A stretch of DNA of 64,000 nucleotides from assembly GCA_963705305.1 (NCBI GenBank), contig OY970067.1:2848001-2912000 (forward strand). The letters run 5' to 3'. The notes under the pieces were generated by a model that worked only from the letters and a program-made list of their open reading frames with translations, searched no databases and was not told the origin of the DNA. The translations under genes and the position numbers were made by a program. This DNA is from an uncultured Methylomirabilota bacterium. Its GTDB lineage: Bacteria > Methylomirabilota > Methylomirabilia > Methylomirabilales > 2-02-FULL-66-22. How positions within the stretch are numbered: position 1 is the stretch's first letter; each line of letters opens with the position of its first letter. Positions 40,238-50,011 of this stretch are shown piece by piece.

Positions 40238-41140
40238 GTGAACGGTCATTTGCCGGTCCTCCGGGCGGAAGTGCTCGATTGGCTGCAACCCCGCCCCGGC
40301 GGCCGCTATCTGGACGCCACGGTCGGACTGGGAGGGCACGCGGAGGCGCTGCTGCTGGGGAGTGACCCGGACGGAATCCTCCTGGGGATCGACCGGGATT
40401 CGGCGGCCCTGGCGCTGGCGCGAAAGCGGCTGGCCCCCTTCGGGGCGCGCGCCACGCTGCTGCACGGGGCGTACGAGGATCTTGGGGAGTTGGTCCCGTC
40501 GACAGAGCGGTTCGACGGGATCCTGTTCGATCTGGGGGTTTCCTCCTTCCAGCTGGACACGGCCGAGCGCGGCTTTTCCATCAACCGCGAAGGACCGCTG
40601 GATATGCGCATGGACCAGAGCCAGGGCGAGACCGTAGCCGATCTGATCGGGCGCCTGCCGGAGGGGGAGCTGGCCGACCTGATCTATCGCTGGGGCGAAG
40701 AGCGCTGGTCGCGCCGCATCGCCAGAGCCATCGCGGCGGCCCGGACGGAGGGAGCCATCCGAACCACGACCGACCTGGCGGCCGTGGTGGCCCGGGCCGT
40801 CCCCCGGAGCCGCTGGCCGCGCCACATCCATCCCGCGACCCGAACCTTCCAGGCCCTGCGCATCGCCGTCAACCAGGAGCTGGTGGGCCTCGATCGGTCG
40901 CTGGGGCAGGCCGCGGGACGTCTGCGGCCCGGCGCGCGGCTGGCGGCCATCAGCTTTCATTCCCTGGAAGATCGGATCGTGAAGCAGACCTGGCGGCGGC
41001 TGGCGGCCGCGGGGGCGCTGCGCATTCTGACCAAACGGCCCGTTACCTCGACCGACGCCGAGGTGGCGGCGAATCCGCGGGCGCGGAGCGCCAAGCTTCG
41101 CGTGGCGGAACGGGCGCCGGGAGCGGGGGAGGCCGCCTGA
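40238..41140 (+). CDS. rsmH: 16S rRNA m4C1402 methyltransferase
   Basis: HLPVL, DATVGLGGH, DLGVSS.QLD, PLDMRMD, FHSLEDR, NPRARSAKLR. Confidence 0.97.
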   Translation: MNGHLPVLRAEVLDWLQPRPGGRYLDATVGLGGHAEALLLGSDPDGILLGIDRDSAALALARKRLAPFGARATLLHGAYEDLGELVPSTERFDGILFDLGVSSFQLDTAERGFSINREGPLDMRMDQSQGETVADLIGRLPEGELADLIYRWGEERWSRRIARAIAAARTEGAIRTTTDLAAVVARAVPRSRWPRHIHPATRTFQALRIAVNQELVGLDRSLGQAAGRLRPGARLAAISFHSLEDRIVKQTWRRLAAAGALRILTKRPVTSTDAEVAANPRARSAKLRVAERAPGAGEAA

Positions 41141-41141
41141 T

Positions 41142-41504
41142 ATGGCACGTGCACTGGAGGCAACGCGGCCGACGGTCGGGATCGGCGCTCGCCCGCTGCC
41201 GCGGCGGCGCTGGCAATGGTGGGAGCGGCTGGAGTCGATCTCGACGGTGGGCCTGGGGCTGCTGTTTTTGGCGGGGGCGCTCTTCTACGTCTGGCAGCAC
41301 ACCCTCGTGGTGCGGGAAGGCTATGCCCTGGAGCGCCTGCGGGTGACCCAGGCCAATCTGTTCCAGGAGAACAAGGCCCTGCGGCTGGAGGTGGCCCAGC
41401 TCAGGTCGCTGAGGCGTGTCGAGAAGATCGCACGCACCCGCCTCGGGATGGTGACGCCCGGTCCGGGACAGGTGGTGATCATGCCCGAGGCAAGCATCCA
41501 GTAG
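41142..41504 (+). CDS. ftsL: Cell division protein FtsL
   Basis: Single TM, coiled coil, RVEKIARTRLGM; between rsmH and ftsI. Confidence 0.88.
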   Translation: MARALEATRPTVGIGARPLPRRRWQWWERLESISTVGLGLLFLAGALFYVWQHTLVVREGYALERLRVTQANLFQENKALRLEVAQLRSLRRVEKIARTRLGMVTPGPGQVVIMPEASIQ

Positions 41505-41646
41505 GGGGCGGCGATCGGGGAGTGACGGATGGGGAGTGTGGGCACCGGCGGCGGGATGAGCGCGGCGACCCGCCGTCCGGTGTCCGTGTCGTCCGAGGTC
41601 CGGTCCGCGTGATTCCTCCGACGAGGCGGGGGGAGGCCAGAGTGTG

Positions 41647-43350
41647 ATGAGGGTGCGCATCCTGGGGATCTTCCTCCTCCTCCTGCTGTGCCTCGGCGTC
41701 GTCGCCGCAAAGCTCTACGCCATCCAGATCCAGCAAGGCGACCGCCTGGCCGAGCGCGCCGTCAGCCAGTATAAGCGGCTGGTGCCCCTGATCTCGCGGC
41801 GGGGGACGATTTATGACCGTTCCGGCCGGGAGCTCGCCGTCAGCCTGCAGGTGGCCTCCGCCTTCGCCCAGCCGGCGGCCATCCAGGACGCGGGGGCCGC
41901 CGCCCGGGCGCTGGCGCCCGTCCTCGGGATGACCGTCAAAGAGCTGCTCCCCCGGCTCACCGCCTCGGAACCCTTCGTGTGGCTCCGGCGGCAGCTGGAC
42001 CCCGGCCAGGTGGAGGCGGTCAACGATCTGAACCTCAAGGGCATCGGTCTCTTCCCGGAAAGCCGCCGGTACTATCCGCGGCAGGAGCTGGCAGCCCACG
42101 TCCTTGGGCTGGTGGGGGTGGATGACCGGGGCCTGGAGGGTGTGGAGCGGGAGTATAACGACTACCTGGGCGGCAGGCCCCAGTACGTGCTGGCCCAGCA
42201 GGATGCTCTCGGGCGCATCATCTTCCGCCAGGAGGAGCCGGAGCCGCGCACCCCCCCCATCTTCAATCTCAGCCTGACGATCGACGAGGTCCTCCAATAC
42301 ACCGCCGAGCGCGAGCTCCAGCGCGCCGTGGAGCAGTCCCGCGCAAAGGGGGGGACGGCCATCGTCATGGACCCCTGGACGGGAGAGGTCCTGGCGCTGG
42401 CGAACCAGCCGACCTTCGATCCCAACAACTACCGGAAGAGCAGCATCGCCGCCCGCCGTGACCGGGCGGTTACCGATTACTTCGAGCCGGGCTCGGTCTT
42501 CAAGGTGATCCTGGTGGCGGGGGCCCTGGAGGAGGGGGTCGTCCATCCCGACGACCGGTTCTTCGGCGAGAACGGATCCATCGAGGTGGGCGGGGTCACC
42601 ATCCGGGATCACGAGAAGTACGGCTGGCTGACGGTGCGGCAGATCCTGGCCCAATCGAGCAACGTGGGAGCCATCAAGATCGGCCAGAAGCTGGGCAAGA
42701 GCCTGTACTACCACTATATCAGCGGCTTCGGCTTCGGGAGCCTGACGGACGTGGATCTGCCCGGCGAGACCCCCGGCTTCATCCGACGACCCAAGAACTG
42801 GTCGGCGCTGTCGCTGCCGACACTCTCCATTGGCCAGGAGATCTCGGTGACGCCCCTGCAACTGGCGGCCGCGTTCTCCGCGGTGGCCAACGGGGGGAAC
42901 CTGGTCCGCCCGTACGTGGTTCGCGCCATGCGCACGCCGGACGGGTCGCTGTCGCGCCAGATCGAGCCGGCGGTGGTCCGGCGCGTGATCTCCCCCGAAA
43001 CCGCCCGGACCCTCCTCAACATGCTGACGGCGGTCGTGGACGGAGGGACCGGAAAAGAGGCGGCCCTGGAGGAGTACAGCGTGGCCGGGAAGACCGGGAC
43101 GGCGCAGAAGCTGGATCCCGGGACGGGACGCTATTCTCACCGCCGCGTGGTGGTCTCCTTCATCGGGACGGTTCCGGCCGAGGCGCCGCGCCTGGTGATC
43201 CTGGTGGCGGTGGATGAGCCCGAGGTGAACCGCTGGGGCGGCTCCACCGCCGCCCCCGCCTTCCGGGAGATCGCCCGGGATGCCATGCAGTATCTCCGGG
43301 TTCCCCCCTCCCCGCGGAGGGACGTCCGGCTGGTCCGGGCAGGCGGCTAG
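41647..43350 (+). CDS. ftsI: Class B penicillin-binding protein
   Basis: RGTIYDR, RYYP, GLEGVE, EPGSVFK (SxxK), SSN, KTGT. Confidence 0.93.
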   Translation: MRVRILGIFLLLLLCLGVVAAKLYAIQIQQGDRLAERAVSQYKRLVPLISRRGTIYDRSGRELAVSLQVASAFAQPAAIQDAGAAARALAPVLGMTVKELLPRLTASEPFVWLRRQLDPGQVEAVNDLNLKGIGLFPESRRYYPRQELAAHVLGLVGVDDRGLEGVEREYNDYLGGRPQYVLAQQDALGRIIFRQEEPEPRTPPIFNLSLTIDEVLQYTAERELQRAVEQSRAKGGTAIVMDPWTGEVLALANQPTFDPNNYRKSSIAARRDRAVTDYFEPGSVFKVILVAGALEEGVVHPDDRFFGENGSIEVGGVTIRDHEKYGWLTVRQILAQSSNVGAIKIGQKLGKSLYYHYISGFGFGSLTDVDLPGETPGFIRRPKNWSALSLPTLSIGQEISVTPLQLAAAFSAVANGGNLVRPYVVRAMRTPDGSLSRQIEPAVVRRVISPETARTLLNMLTAVVDGGTGKEAALEEYSVAGKTGTAQKLDPGTGRYSHRRVVVSFIGTVPAEAPRLVILVAVDEPEVNRWGGSTAAPAFREIARDAMQYLRVPPSPRRDVRLVRAGG

Positions 43351-43394
43351 GCGGCCAGGGAACTGGGCGGCAAGGGGGCGGGGCACCGAGAGCA

Positions 43395-43482
43395 TTGTGG
43401 ATACCGGATTGTTGACTGCGGAATGAAAGGAAGTAACCCAGGCACCAGATTCCGCAATCCACAATCCGCATTCCGAAATCGA
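43395..43482. repeat. Imperfect hairpin built of heptamer repeats (ATCCGCA type)
   Basis: ttgtggat..cggattg..tgcggaat opposite ATTCCGCA-ATCCACA-ATCCGCA-TTCCGAA-ATC. Confidence 0.6.
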
Positions 43483-43509
43483 CCGTTGGGAGAGTCCGCG
43501 AGGGGCGGA

Positions 43510-45042
43510 ATGCGGCTTGACCAATTGCTGAGCGGATGGACGGAGGCGCAAGTTGCCGGCCGGACGGATCTCGAGATCACCGGCGTGGGTCACGATTCGC
43601 GCCAGGCCGCCCCCGGCATTCTCTTCGTCTGCATCCGGGGCTTCCGCCACGACGGGCACCGCTTCATCGGAGAGGCCGCGGCCCGCGGCGCCGCGGCCAT
43701 CATGGTCGAGGAGGATCCGGAAGGGCTGCTCCTGCCCCCCGGGCTCACGGTGATCCGGGTGCCCGACACCCGCATCGGCCTGGCCGAAGCCGCCGCGCGG
43801 TTTTTCGACCACCCCAGCCGGCAGCTCCGCCTGGTGGGGGTCACGGGCACCAACGGCAAGACCACGACCGCCTACCTGGTGGAGGCGATCCTCTCGGCGG
43901 CGGGCCGCCTGACCGGCCTGCTCGGCACCATCGAGTACCGCTGCGGGACGGCGACCTTCCCCGGCGAGCGCACCACCCCCGAATCCAGCGATCTCCAGTC
44001 CCTCCTGCAGCGCATGAGGAGCCTGGGGGCGTGGGGGGCGGCGATGGAGGTCTCCTCGCACTCCCTGAGCCTCCACCGGGTGAACGGGTGCGAATTCGAT
44101 GTCGGGATCTTCACCAACCTGACGCAGGATCACCTGGACTTCCACGGCAGCATGGAGGGCTACGCCGAGGCCAAGGCCGGGCTCTTCCGGATGCTGGGAA
44201 CGGAGCGCCACAAGGCCGGCGAGGCCGCCGCCATCCTGAACGGGGACGACCCGTGGGCCGGCACCATGGCGGGGGCTACGCGGGCACGGGTGTTCCACTT
44301 CAGTCTGCGGGGCGCCGCCGAGATCCGTGCGCGCGAGACCCGGCTGGACCTGGGAGGCATCCGCGCCGTGCTGGAGACTCCCTGGGGTCCCCTGGAGGTC
44401 GCCTCGCCGCTCGTCGGCTGGCACAACCTGGCCAACATCCTGGGGGCGGTGGGCGGCTGCCTGCACCTGGGGGTGGACCGGGATGCGGTCGCCCGGGGCG
44501 TCGGCCGCCTGCGCGCCGTGCCCGGCCGCTTCGAGAAGGTGGAGGCCGGCCAGCCCTTCGGGGTCGTGGTGGATTACGCCCACACCCCGGATGCTCTGGA
44601 TCACGTGCTGCAGGTGGCCCGCGAATTTACCCGTGGCCGCGTCATCGTCGTCTTCGGCTGCGGCGGGGACCGCGACCGGGGGAAGCGACCGCTCATGGGT
44701 GGTGTGACCTCGCGGCTGGCCGACGTGACGATCGTCACCTCGGACAACCCGCGCAGTGAAGACCCCCTGGCCATCATCGAGGAGATCGAAGCGGGCATCA
44801 AAAAGGTGTCTCCGGGCGCCCATCAGCATGCTACAATTCCAGATCGGCGCGAGGCCATCAGTGCCGCCCTGGCGCAAGCCAGGGACGGCGACCTCGTGGT
44901 GATCGCGGGCAAGGGGCACGAGACCTCCCAAATCCTCCGAGACCGCACGATCCCCTTCGACGACAGAGTGGTTGCACGCGAGGCACTGGTGACGGCGGGG
45001 TACCGCGCCCCCGGGAGCGGGTCCGCCTGCAGGGACCGCTGA
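43510..45042 (+). CDS. murE: UDP-MurNAc-dipeptide--meso-DAP ligase
   Basis: GTNGKTTT, MEVSSH, DHLDFH, DYAHTPD, SDNPR (DAP-specific motif), GKGHE. Confidence 0.96.
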   Translation: MRLDQLLSGWTEAQVAGRTDLEITGVGHDSRQAAPGILFVCIRGFRHDGHRFIGEAAARGAAAIMVEEDPEGLLLPPGLTVIRVPDTRIGLAEAAARFFDHPSRQLRLVGVTGTNGKTTTAYLVEAILSAAGRLTGLLGTIEYRCGTATFPGERTTPESSDLQSLLQRMRSLGAWGAAMEVSSHSLSLHRVNGCEFDVGIFTNLTQDHLDFHGSMEGYAEAKAGLFRMLGTERHKAGEAAAILNGDDPWAGTMAGATRARVFHFSLRGAAEIRARETRLDLGGIRAVLETPWGPLEVASPLVGWHNLANILGAVGGCLHLGVDRDAVARGVGRLRAVPGRFEKVEAGQPFGVVVDYAHTPDALDHVLQVAREFTRGRVIVVFGCGGDRDRGKRPLMGGVTSRLADVTIVTSDNPRSEDPLAIIEEIEAGIKKVSPGAHQHATIPDRREAISAALAQARDGDLVVIAGKGHETSQILRDRTIPFDDRVVAREALVTAGYRAPGSGSACRDR

Positions 45043-45054
45043 TGGGGTGGGCCT

Positions 45055-45825
45055 GTGCTGATCCGGATCGACGGGCTGGACACCTACTACACGCTGGAGG
45101 GAGACGGGCCGCCGGTGCTCCTGCTGCACGGCTGGGGGGCCTCGGGCGAAAGCCTGGCGGGGCCGGCCGCGGCCCTCGCGGACGCGTTCCGCGTCGCTCG
45201 GGTGGACCTGCCGGGATTCGGCTGGAGCGCGCCGCCGCCGGGGGCCTGGGGCATCGGCCAGTACGCCGGGCACGTCCGCGGGCTAATGGACGCGCTGGGG
45301 ATTCCCCGCGCGGCGCTGGTGGGCCACTCCTTCGGGGGGCGGATCGCCATCCATCTGGCAGCCCGGGAGTCGACGCGAGTGGCGCGGCTGGTGCTGGTCG
45401 CCGGCGCCGGCATCCGGCCCCGGCGGGGACCGCGCTACTACTTGCGGGTGGCGGGCACGAAGGCGGTGAAGCGCATCTTTTCCCTTCCCGGGTGGGGGGC
45501 GCTTGGCGAGCGGGTCAAGGGGCGCTGGCTCGGGCGGGTCGGCTCCCGGGACTATCGGGCCGCGGGGCGCCTGCGGCCGACCCTGGTCAAGGTGGTCAAC
45601 GAGGACCTGCGGCCGCTGCTCCCTGCCATCCGCGTCCCGACCCTGGTCCTGTGGGGGGATCGGGACGCCGAGGTGGGACGTCCGGCCACGGAGTGCCTGG
45701 CCACGGAGATCCGGGATGCGCGTATGGTGGTCTTTCCCGGGGCGGGCCACTTTCCGTTCCTGGATGCCCCGGACGAGTTCCGGCGGCATCTGCGCACGTT
45801 CTTGCTGGAGGGAGCGCGCTGGTGA
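45055..45825 (+). CDS. Alpha/beta fold serine hydrolase
   Basis: LLHGWG, DLPGFG.S, GHSFGG, WGDRD, GHFPF. Confidence 0.9.
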   Translation: MLIRIDGLDTYYTLEGDGPPVLLLHGWGASGESLAGPAAALADAFRVARVDLPGFGWSAPPPGAWGIGQYAGHVRGLMDALGIPRAALVGHSFGGRIAIHLAARESTRVARLVLVAGAGIRPRRGPRYYLRVAGTKAVKRIFSLPGWGALGERVKGRWLGRVGSRDYRAAGRLRPTLVKVVNEDLRPLLPAIRVPTLVLWGDRDAEVGRPATECLATEIRDARMVVFPGAGHFPFLDAPDEFRRHLRTFLLEGARW

Positions 45826-47498
45826 CTTCCCGGGAACGGGTCGACCTGTCGAGGTGGCCGCGCCAGCTGGCGGGGATTCTGGCTCCCTACGGTCTGGTGG
45901 CTGCGGGGCGCCATCTGGACTGCCTCTACCTCCTCCAGCTGGAGCGCTACAAGCCGGACCGGTACGTCCGGTGGGTGCGGGCGCACTGGCGCCGACTGCT
46001 CACGCCCTTCGAGATCGGCCTGCAAGCTGCCACCACTCTCGGCGTGGCCCTGCTGGCCTGTCTGGGGACCCCTTGGCCGGTGCTGTACATCGGCTGGATC
46101 GCGAGTGGCGCGCTGCTTCTCCGGCGCTGGCGGTCCCTGCAGGTCAGCCAGCATCTTCAGTGGACCTCGCGGGCGGTGCGCGCCGCCGCCGTCGCCTGCG
46201 GGATCAGCGCCTGCCTGGTGGCGGCGGGCGTGCTCGTGGCCGGCTGGACCGGCGGTTCTGCCGGCTGGACGGCGCGACTCCTGGCAGGGGGCGTCGCCGG
46301 CATGGCGCTGGCGGGCCTCCTGGCGCCGGTCAGCGTGCTGGGGGCCGGCCGTCTGCTGGCCCCGGTCGAGCAGGCCATTGCCCGGCGCTTCCTGGGCGAG
46401 GCGGCCCGGCGCATGCGGGCGTATCCGGGGCGGGTGGTCGGCATCACGGGAAGTTACGGGAAGACCACCACCAAGCACATCCTGGGCGATCTCCTGGCGT
46501 CGCGCTACCGGGTGTTGAAGACCCCCGCCGGCGTGAACACCACCATGGGCATCACCCGGGTCGTGCGCGAGGAGCTCAAGGACGACCAGGAGATCTTCGT
46601 GGTGGAGATGTCGGCCTACGGTCCCGGGGAGATCCGCGAGGTCTGCGACCTGGTCCATCCGTCGCTGGGAATCCTCACCGCCGTGGGCGTGCAGCACCTG
46701 GAGCGCTTCGGGACGCCCGAACGAATCGCCGAGGCCAAGTACGAGCTGGTGGCGGCCCTGCCGGCCGGGGCGCCGGCCGTGATCAACGCCGACGATCCCG
46801 TCTGCGTCCAGCTGGCCCGGCGGGCCCGGGCGGAGGGGAAGCGGGTGCTGCTCTACGGGCTGGGGGAGCCGGGGCGGGAGCTGGCCGTGTGCGGTTTGGA
46901 TCTGACTGCGGGTCCGCGGGGCAGCCGGTTCCGGGTGGTGGTGGCGCAGGGCGGTTCGGAGACGTTCGAGACCCCCCTCCTGGGCCGCTGGAACATCTCC
47001 AATGTCCTGGGGGCGATCGCGGCCGCCCTGGAGTGCGGGCTGTCACTCGACGGCCTGCGGGGGCCGGTGGCGGCGCTCCAACCGGCCCCCCGGCGGCTGG
47101 AGATCAAGGAAGAGGGGGGCATCCTGCGGATCCTGGATGTGGCCAACGCCAATCCCAGGGGTGCCGAGATGGCCCTGGAGGTTCTGGGGCAGTTCGCGGG
47201 GGGCTCCCGCATCCTGATCACGCCCGGCATGGTGGAGCTGGGCCCGCTCGAGGCGGAGGAGAACCGGCGGTTCGGCCAGCGGGCGGCGGCGGTGTGCGAT
47301 TACGTGGTGCTGGTCGGGCCGGCGCAGACGCGACCCATCCGGCAGGGGCTGCTGGAGGCGGGATTCGCCGAGGAGCGGATCCGCACGGCTCGGCATTCCG
47401 GCGAGGTGGCGGACCACCTGGCGGGGATCGTCCGGCCGGGGGATGTCTTGCTGTACGAGAACCGGCTTCCGGATACCTATCTCGAGGTGGAGCCATGA
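45822..47498 (+). CDS. murF: MurF-like ligase with N-terminal multi-TM domain
   Basis: LQLERY then ~4 hydrophobic helices; GITGSYGKTTTK, VVEM, NANP, TPGMVELG. Confidence 0.8.
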   Translation: MTSRERVDLSRWPRQLAGILAPYGLVAAGRHLDCLYLLQLERYKPDRYVRWVRAHWRRLLTPFEIGLQAATTLGVALLACLGTPWPVLYIGWIASGALLLRRWRSLQVSQHLQWTSRAVRAAAVACGISACLVAAGVLVAGWTGGSAGWTARLLAGGVAGMALAGLLAPVSVLGAGRLLAPVEQAIARRFLGEAARRMRAYPGRVVGITGSYGKTTTKHILGDLLASRYRVLKTPAGVNTTMGITRVVREELKDDQEIFVVEMSAYGPGEIREVCDLVHPSLGILTAVGVQHLERFGTPERIAEAKYELVAALPAGAPAVINADDPVCVQLARRARAEGKRVLLYGLGEPGRELAVCGLDLTAGPRGSRFRVVVAQGGSETFETPLLGRWNISNVLGAIAAALECGLSLDGLRGPVAALQPAPRRLEIKEEGGILRILDVANANPRGAEMALEVLGQFAGGSRILITPGMVELGPLEAEENRRFGQRAAAVCDYVVLVGPAQTRPIRQGLLEAGFAEERIRTARHSGEVADHLAGIVRPGDVLLYENRLPDTYLEVEP

Positions 47499-48754
47499 CG
47501 CGCGTCGGCCTGATCTTCGGCAGTCGGTCGGTGGAGCACGAGATCTCCGTGACCACTGCCAGCAAGGTGTATGAGGCGCTGCGGCAGCTGGCGGGCGAGG
47601 TGGAAACCGTTCCCCTGTACATCAACAAGTCGGGCGTCTGGCTGTGCGGGCCGGGGGTCGTGCGGCTGCTGGAGGTGGAGGCGGAGGGCCGGGCCGCCCA
47701 GGACCCGGGCCGGCGGCAGGAGCTGCAGCGGGTCTACGAGGCCCAGCTGCGCGGTCTGGAGCGGGGGACGGGCGGGGGCGGGGTGGAGCAGCTCTTCGTG
47801 GCGCCGGACGCCTCGCTGCGGGCGCTCTGCGGCCATCCGGCGGCCGCCTCGTGGTTCAAGAAATCCGTGCGGCCGGGGCTGGACGTGGCCTTTCCCGTGG
47901 TGCACGGCACCCACGGCGAGGACGGAACGCTGCAGGGCCTCTTCGAGCTGGCCGATTTGCCCTACGTGGGTCCCGGCCTGGCGGCCTCGGCCGTGGGCAT
48001 GGACAAGATCCTCTCCAAGCTGGCCTTCCGGGGCGCGGGCCTGCCGGTGCTGGAGGCCACCTGGTTCGCACGGCGGCGCTGGCTGGAGGACGAGGCGGCG
48101 GTGGCCAAACAGGTGGAGGCCAGCCTGCCCTACCCCGTGGTGGTCAAGCCGGCCGTGGCCGGCTCCAGCGTGGGCATCGCCCGCGCGGCCGACCCGACGG
48201 AGCTTCTCCGGGCCCTCCGGCAGGCCATCCACTTCAGCACCCGTGTCCTGGTGGAGCGGGCGGTGGACGACCGGCTGGAGGTGCAATGCGCCGTCCTGGG
48301 CAATCACGCCCTGATCGTTTCGGAGTGCGAGGAGCTGGCGCGGGCCGTCGGCATCGTGAGCTTCGACGACAAGTACCTGCGCGGGGCCGACCAGCGGGCG
48401 GCCGCCGACCTGGCGCCGAGCCACATCCCCGCCCGCATCCCGGCCGAGCTCAGGGAGACGGTCCGGGGGCTGGCGGAGAAGACCTTTCGGGCCATCGACG
48501 CGCGGGGCATCGCGCGCGTGGACATCCTGGTGGAGCGGGAGAGCCGGCGTCCGTTCGTGAACGAGGTGAACACCCTGCCCGGGTCGCTGTGCCTGCGGCT
48601 GTGGGAAGCGAGCGGCATCCCGCCCGTGGATCTGGTCCGCCGGCTCCTGGCGCTGGCGCGGGAGGCCCACGAAGAGAAGGCGGCAACCCGGTTCGAGTCG
48701 TCGGAAGGCAAAGGGCTTGTGGACCGGAAGCATCTCATGAGTCCGGGAAAGTAA
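47495..48754 (+). CDS. ddl: D-alanine--D-alanine ligase family protein
   Basis: FGSRSVEHEIS, HGTHGEDGTLQG, GSSVGI, FDDKY, NEVNTLPGS. Confidence 0.88.
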   Translation: MTRVGLIFGSRSVEHEISVTTASKVYEALRQLAGEVETVPLYINKSGVWLCGPGVVRLLEVEAEGRAAQDPGRRQELQRVYEAQLRGLERGTGGGGVEQLFVAPDASLRALCGHPAAASWFKKSVRPGLDVAFPVVHGTHGEDGTLQGLFELADLPYVGPGLAASAVGMDKILSKLAFRGAGLPVLEATWFARRRWLEDEAAVAKQVEASLPYPVVVKPAVAGSSVGIARAADPTELLRALRQAIHFSTRVLVERAVDDRLEVQCAVLGNHALIVSECEELARAVGIVSFDDKYLRGADQRAAADLAPSHIPARIPAELRETVRGLAEKTFRAIDARGIARVDILVERESRRPFVNEVNTLPGSLCLRLWEASGIPPVDLVRRLLALAREAHEEKAATRFESSEGKGLVDRKHLMSPGK

Positions 48755-48762
48755 GGAGGAGG

Positions 48763-48852
48763 GCCATCAGCCATCCACCTTCAGCGATCAGCCACGCGCA
48801 AGCGTCCGAGTTCTGGCTGACCGCTGACCGCTGACGGCTGACGGCTTCTGAC
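48763..48852. repeat. Imperfect hairpin of heptamer repeats (TCAGCCA / GCTGACC)
   Basis: gccatcagccat..tcagcgatcagcca opposite tggctgaccgctgaccgctgacggctgacggc. Confidence 0.7.
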
Positions 48853-48855
48853 ACC

Positions 48856-49938
48856 GTGCTCTATCACCTATTGGTGCCGCTGGCCCACCGATTCGGTCCC
48901 TTCAACGTCTTCCGGTACGTCACCTTCCGGGCGGCGGGGGCGTTCCTGACCGCCCTCCTGGTGGCGCTGATCCTGGGGCTGCCCATCATCCGCAAGCTCT
49001 CCAGTCTGCGGGCGGGCCAAATCGTGCGCGAGGACGGTCCCCAGAGCCACCTGAAGAAGGCCGGCACGCCGACCATGGGCGGTGTCCTGATCCTCCTGGC
49101 GGTGGTGGTGGCCACGCTGTGCTGGGCGCAGCTCACCGACCACTTCATCTGGCTGGTCCTGCTGGTGACGCTGGCCATGGGGGGCGTGGGTTTTGCGGAT
49201 GACTACCTCAAGCTCAGGCGGGCCACCAGCACGGGGCTCAGGCCCGCGCAGAAGTTCCTCTACCAGATCCTGATCGGTCTGGCCGCGGGAGCGTATCTGT
49301 ACCTGTTCCCCACCGACATGTTCACCACCCGGCTGGCCATCCCGTTCTTCAAGCGCTGGATGCCGGAGCTGGGCATCTGGTACATCGGCTTTGCCATGCT
49401 GGTGATCGTGGCGACCTCCAACGCGGTGAACCTCACCGACGGCCTGGACGGCCTGGCCATCGTTCCCACCCTCATGACCGCCGCCACCTTCACGCTGTTG
49501 GCCTACGTCGCCGGCCATGCGGCCATTGCCCGCTACCTCCAGGTGGTGTTCGTGAAGGGGGCCAGCGAGCTGCCGGTTTTCGGGGCCTCCATCGTGGGGG
49601 CGAGTCTCGGCTTCCTCTGGTACAACGCCCATCCGGCCCAGGTGTTCATGGGGGACACGGGCTCGCTGGCGCTGGGGGCCGCCCTGGCCACGGTGGCCCT
49701 GGTCACCAAGAACGAGCTGGTCCTGGTGCTGGCCGGCGGCTGCTTCGTGGTGGAGGCCCTGTCGGTGATCGTCCAGGTGGCGTGGTACCGCCGGACCGGA
49801 CGGCGCGTCTTCCGGATGGCGCCCATCCATCATCACTACGAGCTGAACGGCCTGCCGGAGCCGAAGATCATCGTTCGTTTCTGGATCGTGTCGTTTGTCC
49901 TGCAGGTGCTGGCACTGACGACGCTGAAGTTGCGTTAG
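48856..49938 (+). CDS. mraY: Phospho-MurNAc-pentapeptide transferase
   Basis: KAGTPTMGG, DDY, NLTDGLDGL, FMGDTGS, MAPIHHHYE. Confidence 0.97.
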   Translation: MLYHLLVPLAHRFGPFNVFRYVTFRAAGAFLTALLVALILGLPIIRKLSSLRAGQIVREDGPQSHLKKAGTPTMGGVLILLAVVVATLCWAQLTDHFIWLVLLVTLAMGGVGFADDYLKLRRATSTGLRPAQKFLYQILIGLAAGAYLYLFPTDMFTTRLAIPFFKRWMPELGIWYIGFAMLVIVATSNAVNLTDGLDGLAIVPTLMTAATFTLLAYVAGHAAIARYLQVVFVKGASELPVFGASIVGASLGFLWYNAHPAQVFMGDTGSLALGAALATVALVTKNELVLVLAGGCFVVEALSVIVQVAWYRRTGRRVFRMAPIHHHYELNGLPEPKIIVRFWIVSFVLQVLALTTLKLR

Positions 49939-50011
49939 GGCCGGGAGGCCCCCTCGGCCTGTGAGCTCGAACGGTGGCCGGACCGCCCCGCGGGGGGCCG
50001 CACAGGATCGC

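Noticed and set aside
41479..45273. Long antisense ORFs (1264 aa here; also 4845-6734, 18945-21392, 38630-40960, 60630-62732)
   Set aside because: Stop-poor shadows of real genes in high-GC DNA, with no recognisable motifs
45042..48754. 818-aa and 1083-aa ORFs as fusion proteins
   Set aside because: The upstream portions are shadow frames of adjacent genes; the real starts are 45822 and 47495
47495..48754. Van-type D-Ala-D-Lac ligase / glycopeptide resistance
   Set aside because: The omega-loop Tyr (DDKY) is retained and no vanH/vanX/vanRS genes are nearby
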